Assembly: GCA_963723695.1 (NCBI GenBank)
Contig: CAVRRU010000009.1
Location: 106,456-170,455, forward strand
DNA: 64,000 bases
Origin: an uncultured Gaiellaceae bacterium
GTDB lineage: Bacteria; Actinomycetota; Thermoleophilia; Gaiellales; Gaiellaceae
Direction of reading: 5' to 3'
Of this stretch, positions 45,042-55,601 are shown piece after piece. Every line of letters starts with the position of its first letter. Within the stretch, counting starts at the first letter, position 1. The notes beneath the pieces were generated by a model, which was not told the origin of the DNA, did not search any database, and was given only the letters and a program-made list of their open reading frames with translations. Position numbers and translations under genes: made by a program.

Positions 45042-47798
45042 GTGCTGATCGGACGCGAGAGCGAGTGCGAGCGACTCGATGAACTGCTCGACCGGGCTCG
45101 TATGGGCCGAAGCGGCGCGCTCGTGCTACGTGGCGAGCCGGGAATCGGCAAGACCGTGCTCCTCGACTACGCGGCCGAGCGCGCCGCCGACATGACAGTC
45201 GTCCGGACGCTCGGCGTCGAGTCTGAGGCCGAGCTCGAGTTCTCTGCTTTGCTCGACGTCTGCAGGCCGCTCCTCGACGGCCTCGGCGAGATACCTGAGC
45301 AGCAGGCGGAGGTACTCCGGGGAGCTCTTGGGCTCGGCCCTCCGCTCGCACTCGACAGGTTCGCGATCGGCGCTGCGACGCTCGGTCTGTTGGCGGCTGC
45401 AGCCGAGGAGCTCCCGCTCCTGGTGCTCGTCGACGACGCGCAATGGGTCGACCAGTCGTCGGCGGATGCGCTGCTCTTCGCGACGAGGCGCCTGCACGCC
45501 GATCGAGCGATCCTGCTCTTCGCGGCGCGCGACGGCGACGGGCGGTCGTTCGAGGCTCCCGGAATCGAGACGGTGTCGCTCGAGGGACTCGAGCAAGGTG
45601 ACGCCTCGCGCCTCCTTGCGAGCCAGGCGGAAGTCTCGAGCAGCGTCGCAGACCGTCTCTACGCGGCGACTGGAGGGAACCCGCTTGCGCTCGTCGAGCT
45701 TCCACGCCTTCTCTCGGCCGGCCAACTCTCTGGAGTCGATCCCCTCGAGGAACTCGTACCGGCGGGAACAGGCGTCGAGCAAGCGTTCGCGCGGAGGGCC
45801 GAGGCACTGCCGGACGACACACGAAGGGCGCTGCTTGTCGCCGCGGTCTCGATCTCGAATGCTGCCGAAGTGATCGTCGACGCGCTCGCGAGCCTCGGCA
45901 TCGACGTGCGTGCCCTCGAGCCCGCCGAGGACGCCGGCCTCCTCGAGGTCGTCAACGGGAAAGTCGAGTTCCGGCATCCACTCGTGCGGTCGGCTGTGTA
46001 CCACGCCGCTCCGCCGTCCGAGCGCCGGGCGGCGCACAGAGCGATGGCGGACGCGTGCCGAGACAGCGGGCCGGAGGAGCGCGCGTGGCACTTGGCCGCT
46101 GCCGCCGTCGGCCCGGACGACGGCGTCGCCGCGGCGCTCGAACAGGCGGCGGAAGAAGCGCGACGTCGCTCGGGCTTCGCAGCTGCTGCGACGGCCCTCG
46201 AGCGAGCCGCGCGACTGACGCTCGAGCCGGAGGCGAAGACCCGGCGGCTCGCTGCGGCCGCCAACGCCGCATGGCTGGCAGGACGCTCGGAAGCAGCTGA
46301 GGCGCTCGTCGACGAGACGCTCGTCTCCGTGAAGGATCCGGAGCTGCGGGCGACCGTGTTGCGCCTCCGCGGCGCCATCGACTACTTCAGAGGAAGGGGG
46401 GACACGGCCTCAGAGGCCTTGCTCGAAGCCATCGAGCTGCTCGAAGGCTTCGACCGGGACGGGGCCGTAGCGGCCGCGGCGGACGCTGTCAACGCCTTGG
46501 TGCGGATTCGGAAACCCGAGCTTGCTCTCGAGACCGCGCAACGAGGGAAGTTGCTGGCGCCACAAGACGGAGGTGAGACGGACGTCGCCGCAACCACGGC
46601 CCTGGGGTACGCACTGTGCTTCAACGGTCGCTACGCGGAAGCGGAGCCGCACCTGCAACGGGCGGTCGAGCTCGCCGAGACGACAACGACCATGTCGAGC
46701 CCGCTCGAGGCGGTGCGACTCGCTACCGCCCTCGCCTGGCTCGGGCGCTTCGACGATGCGCGCGAGCTCCTGTCGCGCGCGGTCGACCATGCTCGTGCGG
46801 TCGGCGCCGTGGGATCGCTTCCGCTCCTCCTTGCCGGGTCGGGCTGGCAGGGGCTTCACGCCGGCCGCTGGAACGAGGCGCAGGCCGACGCCGGCGAGGC
46901 GGTCGAGCTCGCCGGCGAGTTCGGCCATCCCGCAACGGGAGTACTCGCGCTCGGCATCCTTACGTGGGTACACGCGCTTCGGGGGGACGAGTCCGCGTGC
47001 CGTTCCTACGGTGACGAGACCCGCGGGCGAGCGGACGCGCACGGATTCCGGCTCGACGGGCTGCTCGTCTCGGTGTGCTTCGGCCTGCTCCACCTGGGAG
47101 CGGGCCGCGTCGACGAGGCGATTTCCGAGCTCGAGGAGATCGCGAGCTATGCCGAGGAGCGGCGGCTGATGATCCCGGGCGTCGCCCCGCAGCTCGAGCT
47201 CGCCGAGGCGTACGTCCGCGCCGGCAGGGTCGAGGACGCGAGGGACCTCGTCGCCGCGTACGAACGCTCAGAGCTCGGGGCTGGGCCGTACCTGACGGTC
47301 GTCTCGAAGCGGTTGCAGGCTCTGCTCGCCGACGAGGACGAGTTCGCATCGCGGTTCGAGGACGCTCTCTCGCTGCACGCGGCGGTTTCGAGCCCGTTCG
47401 CGCTCGCGCGCACCCGACTCTGCTACGGAGAGCGGCTGAGGCGTGCGGGTCGCCGCGTCGAGGCGCGCGAGCACCTGCGAGCCGCACTGGACGTCTTCGA
47501 GAGCCTGGGTGCCGCTCCGTGGTCCGAGCGGGCTCGCTCGGAGCTACGTGCCAGCGGTGAACGACTGCGTCGGCGGGAGGCGATCGAGGCCGAGCAGCTC
47601 ACGCCGCAGGAGCTCCAGATCGCGCTTCAGGTCGCGGAAGGAAAGACGAACAAGGAGGTCGGCGCCGCGCTCTTCCTGAGCCACAAGACGGTCGAGTTCC
47701 ACCTCTCGCGGATCTACCGCAAGCTCGACATGAGCTCGCGCGCGGAGCTGATCAGGCGCTTCGCGGAGTCCGGCGAGCGAGCCTTGGTCAGCTCATGA
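45042..47798 (+). CDS. LAL-type regulator (N-terminal P-loop ATPase, TPR-like middle, C-terminal LuxR HTH)
   Basis: LVLRGEPGIGKTVLL Walker A, LLVLVDDAQWVD Walker B, C-terminal LTPQELQIALQVAEGKTNKEVGAALFLSHKTVEFHLSRIYRKL. Confidence 0.85.
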   Translation: MLIGRESECERLDELLDRARMGRSGALVLRGEPGIGKTVLLDYAAERAADMTVVRTLGVESEAELEFSALLDVCRPLLDGLGEIPEQQAEVLRGALGLGPPLALDRFAIGAATLGLLAAAAEELPLLVLVDDAQWVDQSSADALLFATRRLHADRAILLFAARDGDGRSFEAPGIETVSLEGLEQGDASRLLASQAEVSSSVADRLYAATGGNPLALVELPRLLSAGQLSGVDPLEELVPAGTGVEQAFARRAEALPDDTRRALLVAAVSISNAAEVIVDALASLGIDVRALEPAEDAGLLEVVNGKVEFRHPLVRSAVYHAAPPSERRAAHRAMADACRDSGPEERAWHLAAAAVGPDDGVAAALEQAAEEARRRSGFAAAATALERAARLTLEPEAKTRRLAAAANAAWLAGRSEAAEALVDETLVSVKDPELRATVLRLRGAIDYFRGRGDTASEALLEAIELLEGFDRDGAVAAAADAVNALVRIRKPELALETAQRGKLLAPQDGGETDVAATTALGYALCFNGRYAEAEPHLQRAVELAETTTTMSSPLEAVRLATALAWLGRFDDARELLSRAVDHARAVGAVGSLPLLLAGSGWQGLHAGRWNEAQADAGEAVELAGEFGHPATGVLALGILTWVHALRGDESACRSYGDETRGRADAHGFRLDGLLVSVCFGLLHLGAGRVDEAISELEEIASYAEERRLMIPGVAPQLELAEAYVRAGRVEDARDLVAAYERSELGAGPYLTVVSKRLQALLADEDEFASRFEDALSLHAAVSSPFALARTRLCYGERLRRAGRRVEAREHLRAALDVFESLGAAPWSERARSELRASGERLRRREAIEAEQLTPQELQIALQVAEGKTNKEVGAALFLSHKTVEFHLSRIYRKLDMSSRAELIRRFAESGERALVSS

Positions 47799-50700
47799 GC
47801 GCTCTCTCGCGCGAACCCGTCGCTTCGATCGCTTCGATGCGCTCGCGGAGGCGCACCCAGCGCAGCCGCTCGGCGATCTCCCGGGCCTCGGCGAGAAGCG
47901 GTTCGGCGTCCTCGCGTCGCTCGTCCGCGATGAGCGAAGCCGCGTAGTCGACGAGGATCTCGGCCACCCATGGGACGTAGTCGAGGCTGCGGGCTGCGGC
48001 GAGCGCAACCCCGAACTGCTCGACGGCGGCGTCGTGATCGCCACGCAGAGCCGCCAGCACGCCCTCGAGCCTCGCGGTCGTCGCGGTCACGGTGCGCGGC
48101 GCGTCCCCGGCGAAGGCATCCTTGACGGCCGCGAGTGTGCGTTCCGCGGGCGAGCGATCCGCGACGAGCGGCACGAGCGAAGCGGCGGGGCGAAGCGCGA
48201 GCGCGATGAACAGGTCCTGCTCCCGGCTTTCGAGCTGGAGCGGCGACCTCCTCCAGCGCCGTCTCGAGAGCCCCGTCGAAGCTCCGGTCGAGGATGTAGC
48301 GCGTTCGGCGTGCCATGAGGAGCGCCTGTCGCCACTGCCGGTCGCCCGGGTCCGCCGATGCAGTGGCGATGCGATCGAGTCGAGTCCGGCTCTCGCTCGC
48401 GTCACCGCGCTCCCATGCGATTTCGGCGAGCTCGGCGTACGCCTGCAGAGACCCGATGTCCGTCGTAGCCGGTTCGTACTCCTGGGCGTGCGCCTCGGCC
48501 TCGTCCCAGCGACCCCTCACGATAGACTCGGTGATGGCGGCGGCGGTGAGTCTGTCGAGCCACTGACGGTCGCCGCGACGCCGCGCGAGAGCGAGTGCCT
48601 CCTCCAACAGCGGAAGCATGTCTTCGCTCCGGTCCAGCTGCTCGAGCTGAACCATGCTGTTGTTGTAGGCGCGCAGCGCTTCGAAGACGAGGTCGTGGTC
48701 GAGGGCGATACGAAGCGCGGCGTGCACGAGCGCGTACGCCTCGTGCGGGCGATCGATGCTGTAGAGCAACGACTTCGTGTTCAGCGTGCTAGCGAGCAGC
48801 GCCATGTCCTTCGTCCGCTCGGCGACAGGGATGGCGCTCTCGATCCGCGCCATCGCGGTGTCGAGGTCGCCGACGAAGTAATGCAGACGTGCCAGCTCCG
48901 CCGCGAGCGCCGCGCCGTCGCGGTCGAGCTCGTCCGCGCCGAGAACTTCATAGGCTTCTTCGGCGAGCCGGATGGCGTCCTCGGTTCGGCCGTAGGAAAC
49001 GAGCGCGCGTGAGATGCTTGCCGCGGTCCGGGCCGATCCGTGTGGGTCGCCCGCCTGCGTGTACAGATCGCGCGCCTGCGTGAGGAGCCCCTCGGCGTCG
49101 TTCATGCGGTTCCCCATCCGCGCCATGTCGCCTGCGCGTTCGATCAGACCCGCGCGCTCCAACGGGTCGTCGGCGAGCTCGGCCGCAGCCTGGAAGGCGC
49201 GCTGTGCCTCCTCGGCTGCCGCCAGCGAGGTCGCCCGCTCGGCCGCTCGCTCGAGCCAGCCGCGTGCGTTCGCCCGGATGTCCGCAGCATCCTCCGCGTC
49301 TTCGTCGGCGCGGAACGCGTCGAGGTAGTGGGCGGCGACGACCTCGGCGATCTCGTCGGGATCGATCCCGGCGTGCTCTGCGAGGTAGGCCGCGGCGGCG
49401 AGATGCTTGGCCTTCCGATCCCTCCGCGAGAGCGTCTCGTAGGCGACTCGCTGGACGAGCGCCTGCAGGAACCCGTACTGGCCGCGCTCGGGCGAGAACG
49501 GATCGCTGTCGAGATAGAGGAGTTCCTTGCGGGCGAGGTCGTCGAGCAGCGGGCGCAGCGAAGCCTCGTCGCCGCCTGCGAGCGCGGCGAGGCCGCGTGC
49601 GGTGAACGTGCGCCCGAGGACGCTCGCGTCCTGGAGGAGCGCTCTCTCGTCGGCTTCGAGGGCGTCGAGCCGGGCTGCGATCAGCGTCTGCAGCGTTTCG
49701 GGAACTTGAAGCGACGAGAGATCGCCGGTCACGCGGTAGCCCGCCTCGCCGGGCTCGAGCAGCCCGCGGTCGAGCAGCATGCGTACGGTCTCGACTGCGT
49801 AGAACGGCACGCCCTCGGCACGCTCGCGGATGCGCTCGATCGCGTCGTCGTCGATACCGGGGACGAGACCCCGCAGGAGCGCGTCGATCGCGTCGTCGTC
49901 GAGCGGATCGAGCGTCACCGAGGTGAACGATCGGACGCGGGCTCCCCAACCGGGGTGGCGATCGACGAGGTCTGGCCGCGCGAGCGTGAGCACGAAGATC
50001 GGATGCGACCGTGACCGCTCGAGCAGAGCTTCGACGAACTCGAGCAGCGCGGCATCCGCCCAGTGGATGTCCTCGAACACCATGACGACCGGGTCCTGCT
50101 GGGCCATTCGCTCGACGAAGAGGCGCCAGGCGGAGAAGAGGTCTTCTCGGTCCGGCGCCACTCGCTCTGTGAGCCCGAGCAGGTGCTGGAGCCGAGGCTC
50201 GATGAACGCTCGCTCCTCGGGATCGTCCACGGCTTCGGCGATCGCTTCCGAGAGCTTCGTGATCGCGGTCTCCGCGGCTCGTCCTCCGTGATTCGCGCGC
50301 GCATGCGGACCATGTCCGCGAGCGCCCAGTAGGCGACGCCCTCGCCGTACGCGAGGCAGCGGCCGCGATGCCAGTACACGTTGTCGAGGAGCCCGTCGAG
50401 GTACTTCTCGAACTCCCACGAGAGGCGCGACTTGCCCAAGCCGGCGGCGCCGACGATGGACAGGAGCCGGGCGCTGCCTCGTCGACCGTGGCGTGGAAGA
50501 GCTCCTTCGCCAGGCGGAGCTCGCGCTCGCGTCCGACGAACGGGGACTCGAGGCCGACGGAGCGTCCTTCGCCACCGCGGTTGGCGATGACCCGCAGGGC
50601 CTGCCACAGCTGGACGGGCTCGGCCTTCCCCTTGAGCTCGCGCTCGCCGGCGGCCGTGTACGCGATCGCGGCCTCGGTTGCCCGGTGCGTCGAGTCGCCG

Positions 50701-51336
50701 ACGAGGACCGTGCCGGGCGCCGCGGCCGCCTGGATGCGCGACGCGGTGTTGACGAGGTCGCCGGTGACCATGCCCTGGCCCTCGGCTCCGACCGTGACCG
50801 CCGCTTCGCCGGTGAGCACTCCGGCGCGGAGCCGAAGGTCGGCAGCGATCCACTTCCGGCCATCGTGGCGACGGCGTCGACGAGCTCGAGCGCCGCTCGC
50901 ACGGCCCGCTCGGCGTCGTCCTCGCGCGCGACGGGGGCGCCCCAGACGGCCATGACCGCGTCGCCGATGAACTTCTCGACCGTGCCGCCGTAGCGCTCGA
51001 TGACGGTGCGAGCGGTGTCGAAGTAGCGCGTCTGCAGGTCGCGCACGTCCTCGAAGTCGCGGCCCTCGGAGAGCGCGGTGTAGCCGACGAGGTCGGCGAA
51101 GAGGACCGACACGAGGCGGCGCTCCGCCGCCGGGGCGGCAGCCGGAGCTCGGGGTGTCGCGGGCGCGCTTGCGCGAGCGCCGTCCCGCACTCGCCGCAGA
51201 ACTTGACCGCAGGCGAGTTCGCTGCGCCACACGACGGGCAGGTGACCGCCAGCGGTGACCCGCACTCGCCGCAGAACTTTCGTCCCGCATCGTTGGCGCT
51301 CCGAGCCGCAAATGCTCTTCGTAGACACCTGCGCAC
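47788..51336 (-). pseudogene. Zn-ribbon - adenylate/guanylate cyclase - P-loop ATPase - TPR regulator, frame broken about 5 times
   Basis: KFCGECGSPLAVTCPSCGAANSPAVKFCGECG, VLFADLVGYT...EKFIGDAVMAVWG, MVTGDLVNTASRIQ, IVGAAGLGKSRL, VMVFEDIHWAD and a long TPR tail. These are spread over ORFs 49915..51942, 47714..51568, 48948..51350 and 47788..48405. Confidence 0.8.
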
Positions 51337-51372
51337 TCTGGTCCGCGCAATCGAGCGCGCTACGCTCCCATC

Positions 51373-52029
51373 GTGTTCCTCGAGAGCGCTGAGCCGCGTG
51401 AGGGACTCTCTCCGGAGAGGGCCTGGTGGCTCCGAATTCCCGCGACGCTGCTGAGCCCGCGCTCGGTCTTCTTCGCTCTCCGCGAGGACGACGAGGACGA
51501 CGTCGCCGCGCGATCCGAGCCGCTCTTGCTCGTGATCTGGATCGCCGGGATGGCCGCAGTGCTTGCAACGCCGACCGCGGCGGACATCCTCGACAATCCC
51601 GAGTACGACACCGTCCTGCTCACGATCTGGACGTTCATCGCCGGGGGCATCTACGGCTCCGTGGGGTACTTCCTCGTCGGCTTCGCGCTGTTCTTCGGCG
51701 TACGGCTTCTCGGGAGCCTCGGCAGCTTCCGGCGCGCACGCCAGACCGTGGGCTTTGCGCTCGTCCCGCTTGCGGCCTCGCTCCTCCTGCTGCTCCCGCT
51801 TCGCCTCGCGGTCTACGGCGGCGACACGTTCCGTGCGGGTGGCGCCGACGAGGGAGCGGGGGAGACCGCACTGCTCGGTCTTCAGCTCGGCTTCGCCGCG
51901 TGGTCGCTTGCGCTGCTCGCAATCGGCGTGCAGGTCACGCATGGCTGGAGCGGGGAGCGCTCGCTCGCTGCGATCGGCGGCGCCGCAGCGCTGTTAGCGG
52001 CGATCGTCGGCGTGTTCGCGATGCTCTGA
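51373..52029 (+). CDS. Yip1-like polytopic membrane protein
   Basis: 218-aa ORF with five hydrophobic helices after an acidic N-terminus. The family call is tentative. Confidence 0.5.
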   Translation: MFLESAEPREGLSPERAWWLRIPATLLSPRSVFFALREDDEDDVAARSEPLLLVIWIAGMAAVLATPTAADILDNPEYDTVLLTIWTFIAGGIYGSVGYFLVGFALFFGVRLLGSLGSFRRARQTVGFALVPLAASLLLLLPLRLAVYGGDTFRAGGADEGAGETALLGLQLGFAAWSLALLAIGVQVTHGWSGERSLAAIGGAAALLAAIVGVFAML

Positions 52030-52908
52030 GACCGCCCCCTCGAACAGCGCGAGTTCGTCCTCGGGCATCGCGTACGTGTGCTGCTCCTCGGGGAAGCGCC
52101 GCTCGCGAACGTCTTCGGCGTACTCGGACAACGCAGCACGTATCGCCTCGCCGATCTCCGCGTACCGCTTCACGAAGCGAGCGGTGTGCCCGGCGTAGAG
52201 GCCGAGGAGGTCGTGCCAGACGAGCACCTGCCCGTCGCAGTCGACGCCGGCCCCGATGCCGATCGTCGGGATGGTGAGCGCGCTCGTGATCCGCGCGGCG
52301 ACGGAGGCGGGAACCGCCTCGAGCACCAGCGAGAAGCAACCGGCGGCCTCGAGCGCGCGCGCGTCGTCGTAGAGCCCGATCGCCTTCTCTGCGGAACGCC
52401 CCTGTGCCTTGTAGCCGCCGAGCATCGTCGCGGACTGCGGCGTGAGCCCGAGGTGGCCCATGACCGGGATCCCCGCGCCGACGATGGCGCGGACGCGCGA
52501 CAGCATCACGCCCGCGCCCTCGAGCTTGACGGCGTCCGCTCCGGCCTCCTTCACGAACCGGATCGCGTTGCGCACGGCGTCCTCGTCCGAGACCTGGAAC
52601 GAGCCGAACGGCATGTCGGCGATGACGAGTGGCCGCTCCGCGCCACGGGTGACCGCGCGCGTGAGGACCAGCATCTCATCCATCGTCGCCGGCACCGTCG
52701 AGTCGTGGCCGAGGACGGTCATCGCTGCGGAGTCGCCGACGAGGACGAGGTCGGCTCCGCCCTCGTCTGCCAGCCGGCCGCCAGGGGCGTCGTACGCGGT
52801 GACCATGACGATCGGCTGGTGGCGGGTCTTCATCTCGGCGAGCTCCGTGATCGGGAGCTTCCCCGGCGCTGGAGTGGCCGGCGCGGGCTTCTGCGGGCGG
52901 ATGCTCAT
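51994..52908 (-). CDS. panB: 3-methyl-2-oxobutanoate hydroxymethyltransferase
   Basis: MVTAYDAPGG, LVGDSAAMTVLGH, VKLEGG-like, GHLGLTPQS motifs. Upstream panC overlaps by 4 nt. Confidence 0.92.
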   Translation of the reverse strand: MSIRPQKPAPATPAPGKLPITELAEMKTRHQPIVMVTAYDAPGGRLADEGGADLVLVGDSAAMTVLGHDSTVPATMDEMLVLTRAVTRGAERPLVIADMPFGSFQVSDEDAVRNAIRFVKEAGADAVKLEGAGVMLSRVRAIVGAGIPVMGHLGLTPQSATMLGGYKAQGRSAEKAIGLYDDARALEAAGCFSLVLEAVPASVAARITSALTIPTIGIGAGVDCDGQVLVWHDLLGLYAGHTARFVKRYAEIGEAIRAALSEYAEDVRERRFPEEQHTYAMPEDELALFEGAVSEHREHADDRR

Positions 52909-53684
52909 GTCTCGTCTCCTTCCAGGGGAACGTTGTCGATGAGTCGCGTCGAGCCGACACGGATTGCGCCGGCGAGGACGGGTGGGTCGAAGTCGGCGAC
53001 TTCGACGTAGTCGACTGCGAGGCCGTTGGATGCGCGTAGCTCTTCGAGGGCGGCGTCGCGGTCGCGAAGCGCAAGCGCACGTGAGAGAGCGAGTGCTCGG
53101 GCGCGCTGCTCCGACGACAGGAGGGCGTTACGCGACGACAGAGCGAGCCCGTCGGCGTCGCGCACGGTCGGAACGACGCGCAGCTCGACCTCGAGCGCGA
53201 GGTCGCGGATCATGCGGCGAATCACCTCCACCTGCTGTGCGTCCTTCTGGCCGAAGTACGCCCGGTTCGGGTCGACGACGCAGAACAGCTTGAGGACGAC
53301 GGTCGCGACGCCGCGGAAGTGGCCCGGTCGAAACCGGCCCTCGAGGATCGAGCCGAGCTCGGTCACCTCGACCCAGGTCTGGAAGCCCTCCGGGTACATC
53401 TCCTCCGCGGACGGAGCGAAGACGAGGTCGACACCCTCATCGCGAGCGAGCGCGACGTCCCGCTCCTCGTCGCGCGGGTAGCGCGCGAGATCCCCGCCGC
53501 CGGCGAACTGAGCCGGGTTGACGAACAGGCTCATCACGACCGAGTCGTTCTCCTCGCGCGCTGAACGAAGGAGCGCCAGGTGGCCCTCGTGGAGGGCGCC
53601 CATGGTCGGCACCAAGCCGATCGTCCCCGTGCGAAGCGGTTCGAGCGTCTCGCGCACCTCAGCGATCGTCCGGCTGACGTTCAT
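52905..53684 (-). CDS. panC: pantoate--beta-alanine ligase
   Basis: GLVPTMGALHEGHLALL, VMSLFVNPAQF, GQKDAQQ motifs. Confidence 0.92.
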   Translation of the reverse strand: MNVSRTIAEVRETLEPLRTGTIGLVPTMGALHEGHLALLRSAREENDSVVMSLFVNPAQFAGGGDLARYPRDEERDVALARDEGVDLVFAPSAEEMYPEGFQTWVEVTELGSILEGRFRPGHFRGVATVVLKLFCVVDPNRAYFGQKDAQQVEVIRRMIRDLALEVELRVVPTVRDADGLALSSRNALLSSEQRARALALSRALALRDRDAALEELRASNGLAVDYVEVADFDPPVLAGAIRVGSTRLIDNVPLEGDET

Positions 53685-54376
53685 GCAGGGACCTCGTGCG
53701 GGTCGCGTCCTGCGAGACGGGCGGTCGCCTCGGCGAGCACGACGTACAGCTCCTCGAGCTCCGGCCGTTCGGCGCGGATCAGGGCGAGGTGCCGCTCGAC
53801 CGTCTCCCAGTCCCCGCGAGCGATCGGCCCGGTCAGCTCGAATCCGGTGTCCATGACGCCGCGGATGAGCGGATCGAGCGCCTCCGCAGGTGCGCCGGCG
53901 GTTTCCAGCAGCGAGCCGGCGGCCGCGCGCAGGGTCACGAGGTAGTTCGAGGCCATCGCGGCGCCTGCGTGGTAGGCGGCGCGCTTGTCATCGTCCAGGT
54001 CGAACGGGCGAAGCCCGAGCGTCTCGGCGAGCCGGCGGCCGACCGCGCGGGCCTCCTCCGACTCCGCGGTGACCGCTGCCCACGCGCCATCGAGCTGCTC
54101 CGGGCCGAGCGCCTTGGAGAACGTCTGCAGAGGATGCAGTCCGAAGCGGCGCATGTGCGGGTCGAGCGCGTCGAGCGGAGTCGCGCCGCTGACATGCGCG
54201 ATCCACGGCCCCGGCGGCGTCTCCGCCGCGACCTCGGCGATCGCGCGATCCGGTACGCAGAGGACGACGATCTCCGGATCGGCGGAGTCGAGAGCGATGC
54301 CCCGCTGGACGAGCCGGGCGCTCAGCGCCGAGCCGACACGCCCGCGCTCACCAACGATCCGGATTGTCTCGATCAT
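53681..54376 (-). CDS. Rossmann-fold / DUF2520-like protein (putative ketopantoate-reductase-type partner of panBC)
   Basis: 231-aa ORF overlapping panC by 4 nt. It has the N-terminal short Rossmann plus C-terminal helical layout typical of DUF2520 genes found next to panC. Family recalled, not verified. Confidence 0.5.
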   Translation of the reverse strand: MIETIRIVGERGRVGSALSARLVQRGIALDSADPEIVVLCVPDRAIAEVAAETPPGPWIAHVSGATPLDALDPHMRRFGLHPLQTFSKALGPEQLDGAWAAVTAESEEARAVGRRLAETLGLRPFDLDDDKRAAYHAGAAMASNYLVTLRAAAGSLLETAGAPAEALDPLIRGVMDTGFELTGPIARGDWETVERHLALIRAERPELEELYVVLAEATARLAGRDPHEVPA

Positions 54377-54432
54377 CTCGTAGCTCCAGTTCCCGTTCGG
54401 GATACCGGGCAGCGGAAGTGTGCCTTGCGCGG

Positions 54433-55035
54433 CTACTTCTGGGCAAGCCGCGCTTCAAGGCGCGCGCGAACGGAGGGCCACTCGTCGTCCGTGACGGCGT
54501 ACCAGGCGCTGTCGCGGTTCTCGCCCCCGCGAACGAGCATGTGCTTGCGATGGACTCCCTCGAAGGTCGCGCCCAGCGCATCGAGAGCCCCACGCGAGCG
54601 CTCGTTCAGCGCGTCGGTCTTCAGCTCGACGCGGCGGCAGGCCCACACGTCGAATGCGTGCTGCAGCTGGAGGAGCTTCGCCTCGATGTTCGCTCCGATG
54701 CCCCACGCGGAGGGGTGAAGCCAGGTCCAGCCGATCTCGACGGACCCGTGCTCCGGCCGGAGCGCGAGAAACCGCGTCGAGCCGACGACCTCGTCGTGAC
54801 TCAGTGTCACAAGGGGGATCTCGCGACCCTCGTCAGCCGCTGTGACGGCTTGCGCGACGAACGCATTCCACTCCTCGCGGGTCTGCGGCTGGACGACGCT
54901 CAGCCACCGCCAGGTCCGCGGGTCGCGTGACGCGCGCCAGAGCCCTTCCTCGTGCTCGAGGCGAAGGGGTTCCAGCCGCACGATTCGACCCTCGAGCGTC
55001 GGTGCGCTCCACTCCGCCACCGCCCGACAGTACAC
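54433..55035 (-). CDS. GNAT family N-acetyltransferase (RimJ/RimL-like)
   Basis: RIVRLEPLRLEHEE..., VEIGWTWLHPSAWGIGANIEAKLLQLQHAF, RVELKTDALNERSRGAL. Confidence 0.75.
   Translation of the reverse strand: MYCRAVAEWSAPTLEGRIVRLEPLRLEHEEGLWRASRDPRTWRWLSVVQPQTREEWNAFVAQAVTAADEGREIPLVTLSHDEVVGSTRFLALRPEHGSVEIGWTWLHPSAWGIGANIEAKLLQLQHAFDVWACRRVELKTDALNERSRGALDALGATFEGVHRKHMLVRGGENRDSAWYAVTDDEWPSVRARLEARLAQK
54796..54810. promoter_or_regulatory. Rex-operator-like palindrome GTGACTCAGTGTCAC inside the GNAT gene
   Basis: 18 of the 19 bases GTGACNCAGTGTCACAAGG match the polA copy at 10290-10308. Confidence 0.3.
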
Positions 55036-55042
55036 TCGGGAT

Positions 55043-55264
55043 GTGCCGATCTACGAGTACGCATGCATGGAGTGCGAGTCGCACTTCGAGGAGCTCGTGC
55101 GCTCCTCGGAGCAGGCGGTGACGTGCCCGGAGTGCGGTGCGGCGAAGGTCCTCAAGCAGCTCTCGAGCTTCGCTGTTCACGGCGCCTCGTCGAAGCCCGC
55201 GTTCAGCGGTCCCGCGGGTGGCGGCGGGGGCTGTTGCGGCGGCTCGTGCGGCTGCGGCCACTGA
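55043..55264 (+). CDS. FmdB-family zinc-ribbon protein
   Basis: VPIYEYACMECESHFEELV...VTCPECGA, Gly/Cys-rich tail. GTG 55043 in ORF 54842..55264. Confidence 0.8.
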   Translation: MPIYEYACMECESHFEELVRSSEQAVTCPECGAAKVLKQLSSFAVHGASSKPAFSGPAGGGGGCCGGSCGCGH

Positions 55265-55312
55265 GCAACATCCACGTTGCTCAGACTCGCGGCGGCGAGC
55301 TATAACCGAGGC

Positions 55313-55525
55313 ATGGACAAGAATCGCGTAGGCGCCGTCGTCGGCGCAGCAGGCGCGATCCTCCTGGTCCTCTCGGCGTTTGCCGATTCGTTCGGTTACG
55401 GGGACGAGGGGTTCGGCTGGCTGCAGACGCTCGGTGTCGTCATCGGCGCGGGAGCGCTGGTGCTCGGGCTCGCTGCCATATTCTGGAAGCGGGGCGAGGC
55501 AACCTCTCCGCGACCGAGCCACTGA
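55313..55525 (+). CDS. small two-helix membrane protein (hypothetical)
   Basis: ATG 55313 (MDKNRVGAVVGAAGAILLVLSAF...) within ORF 55277..55525. Confidence 0.45.
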   Translation: MDKNRVGAVVGAAGAILLVLSAFADSFGYGDEGFGWLQTLGVVIGAGALVLGLAAIFWKRGEATSPRPSH

Positions 55526-55586
55526 CTCGGTTTCGCCACCGATAGAGGACACGCGCGACGCGCTCGGACGCATCCGGGCGGCGGCG

Positions 55587-55592
55587 TAAACT
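55587..55592 (+). promoter_or_regulatory. -10 hexamer TAAACT, leaderless geometry
   Basis: 9 nt before ATG 55602. Confidence 0.4.
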
Positions 55593-55601
55593 GGCGGTCC
55601 G

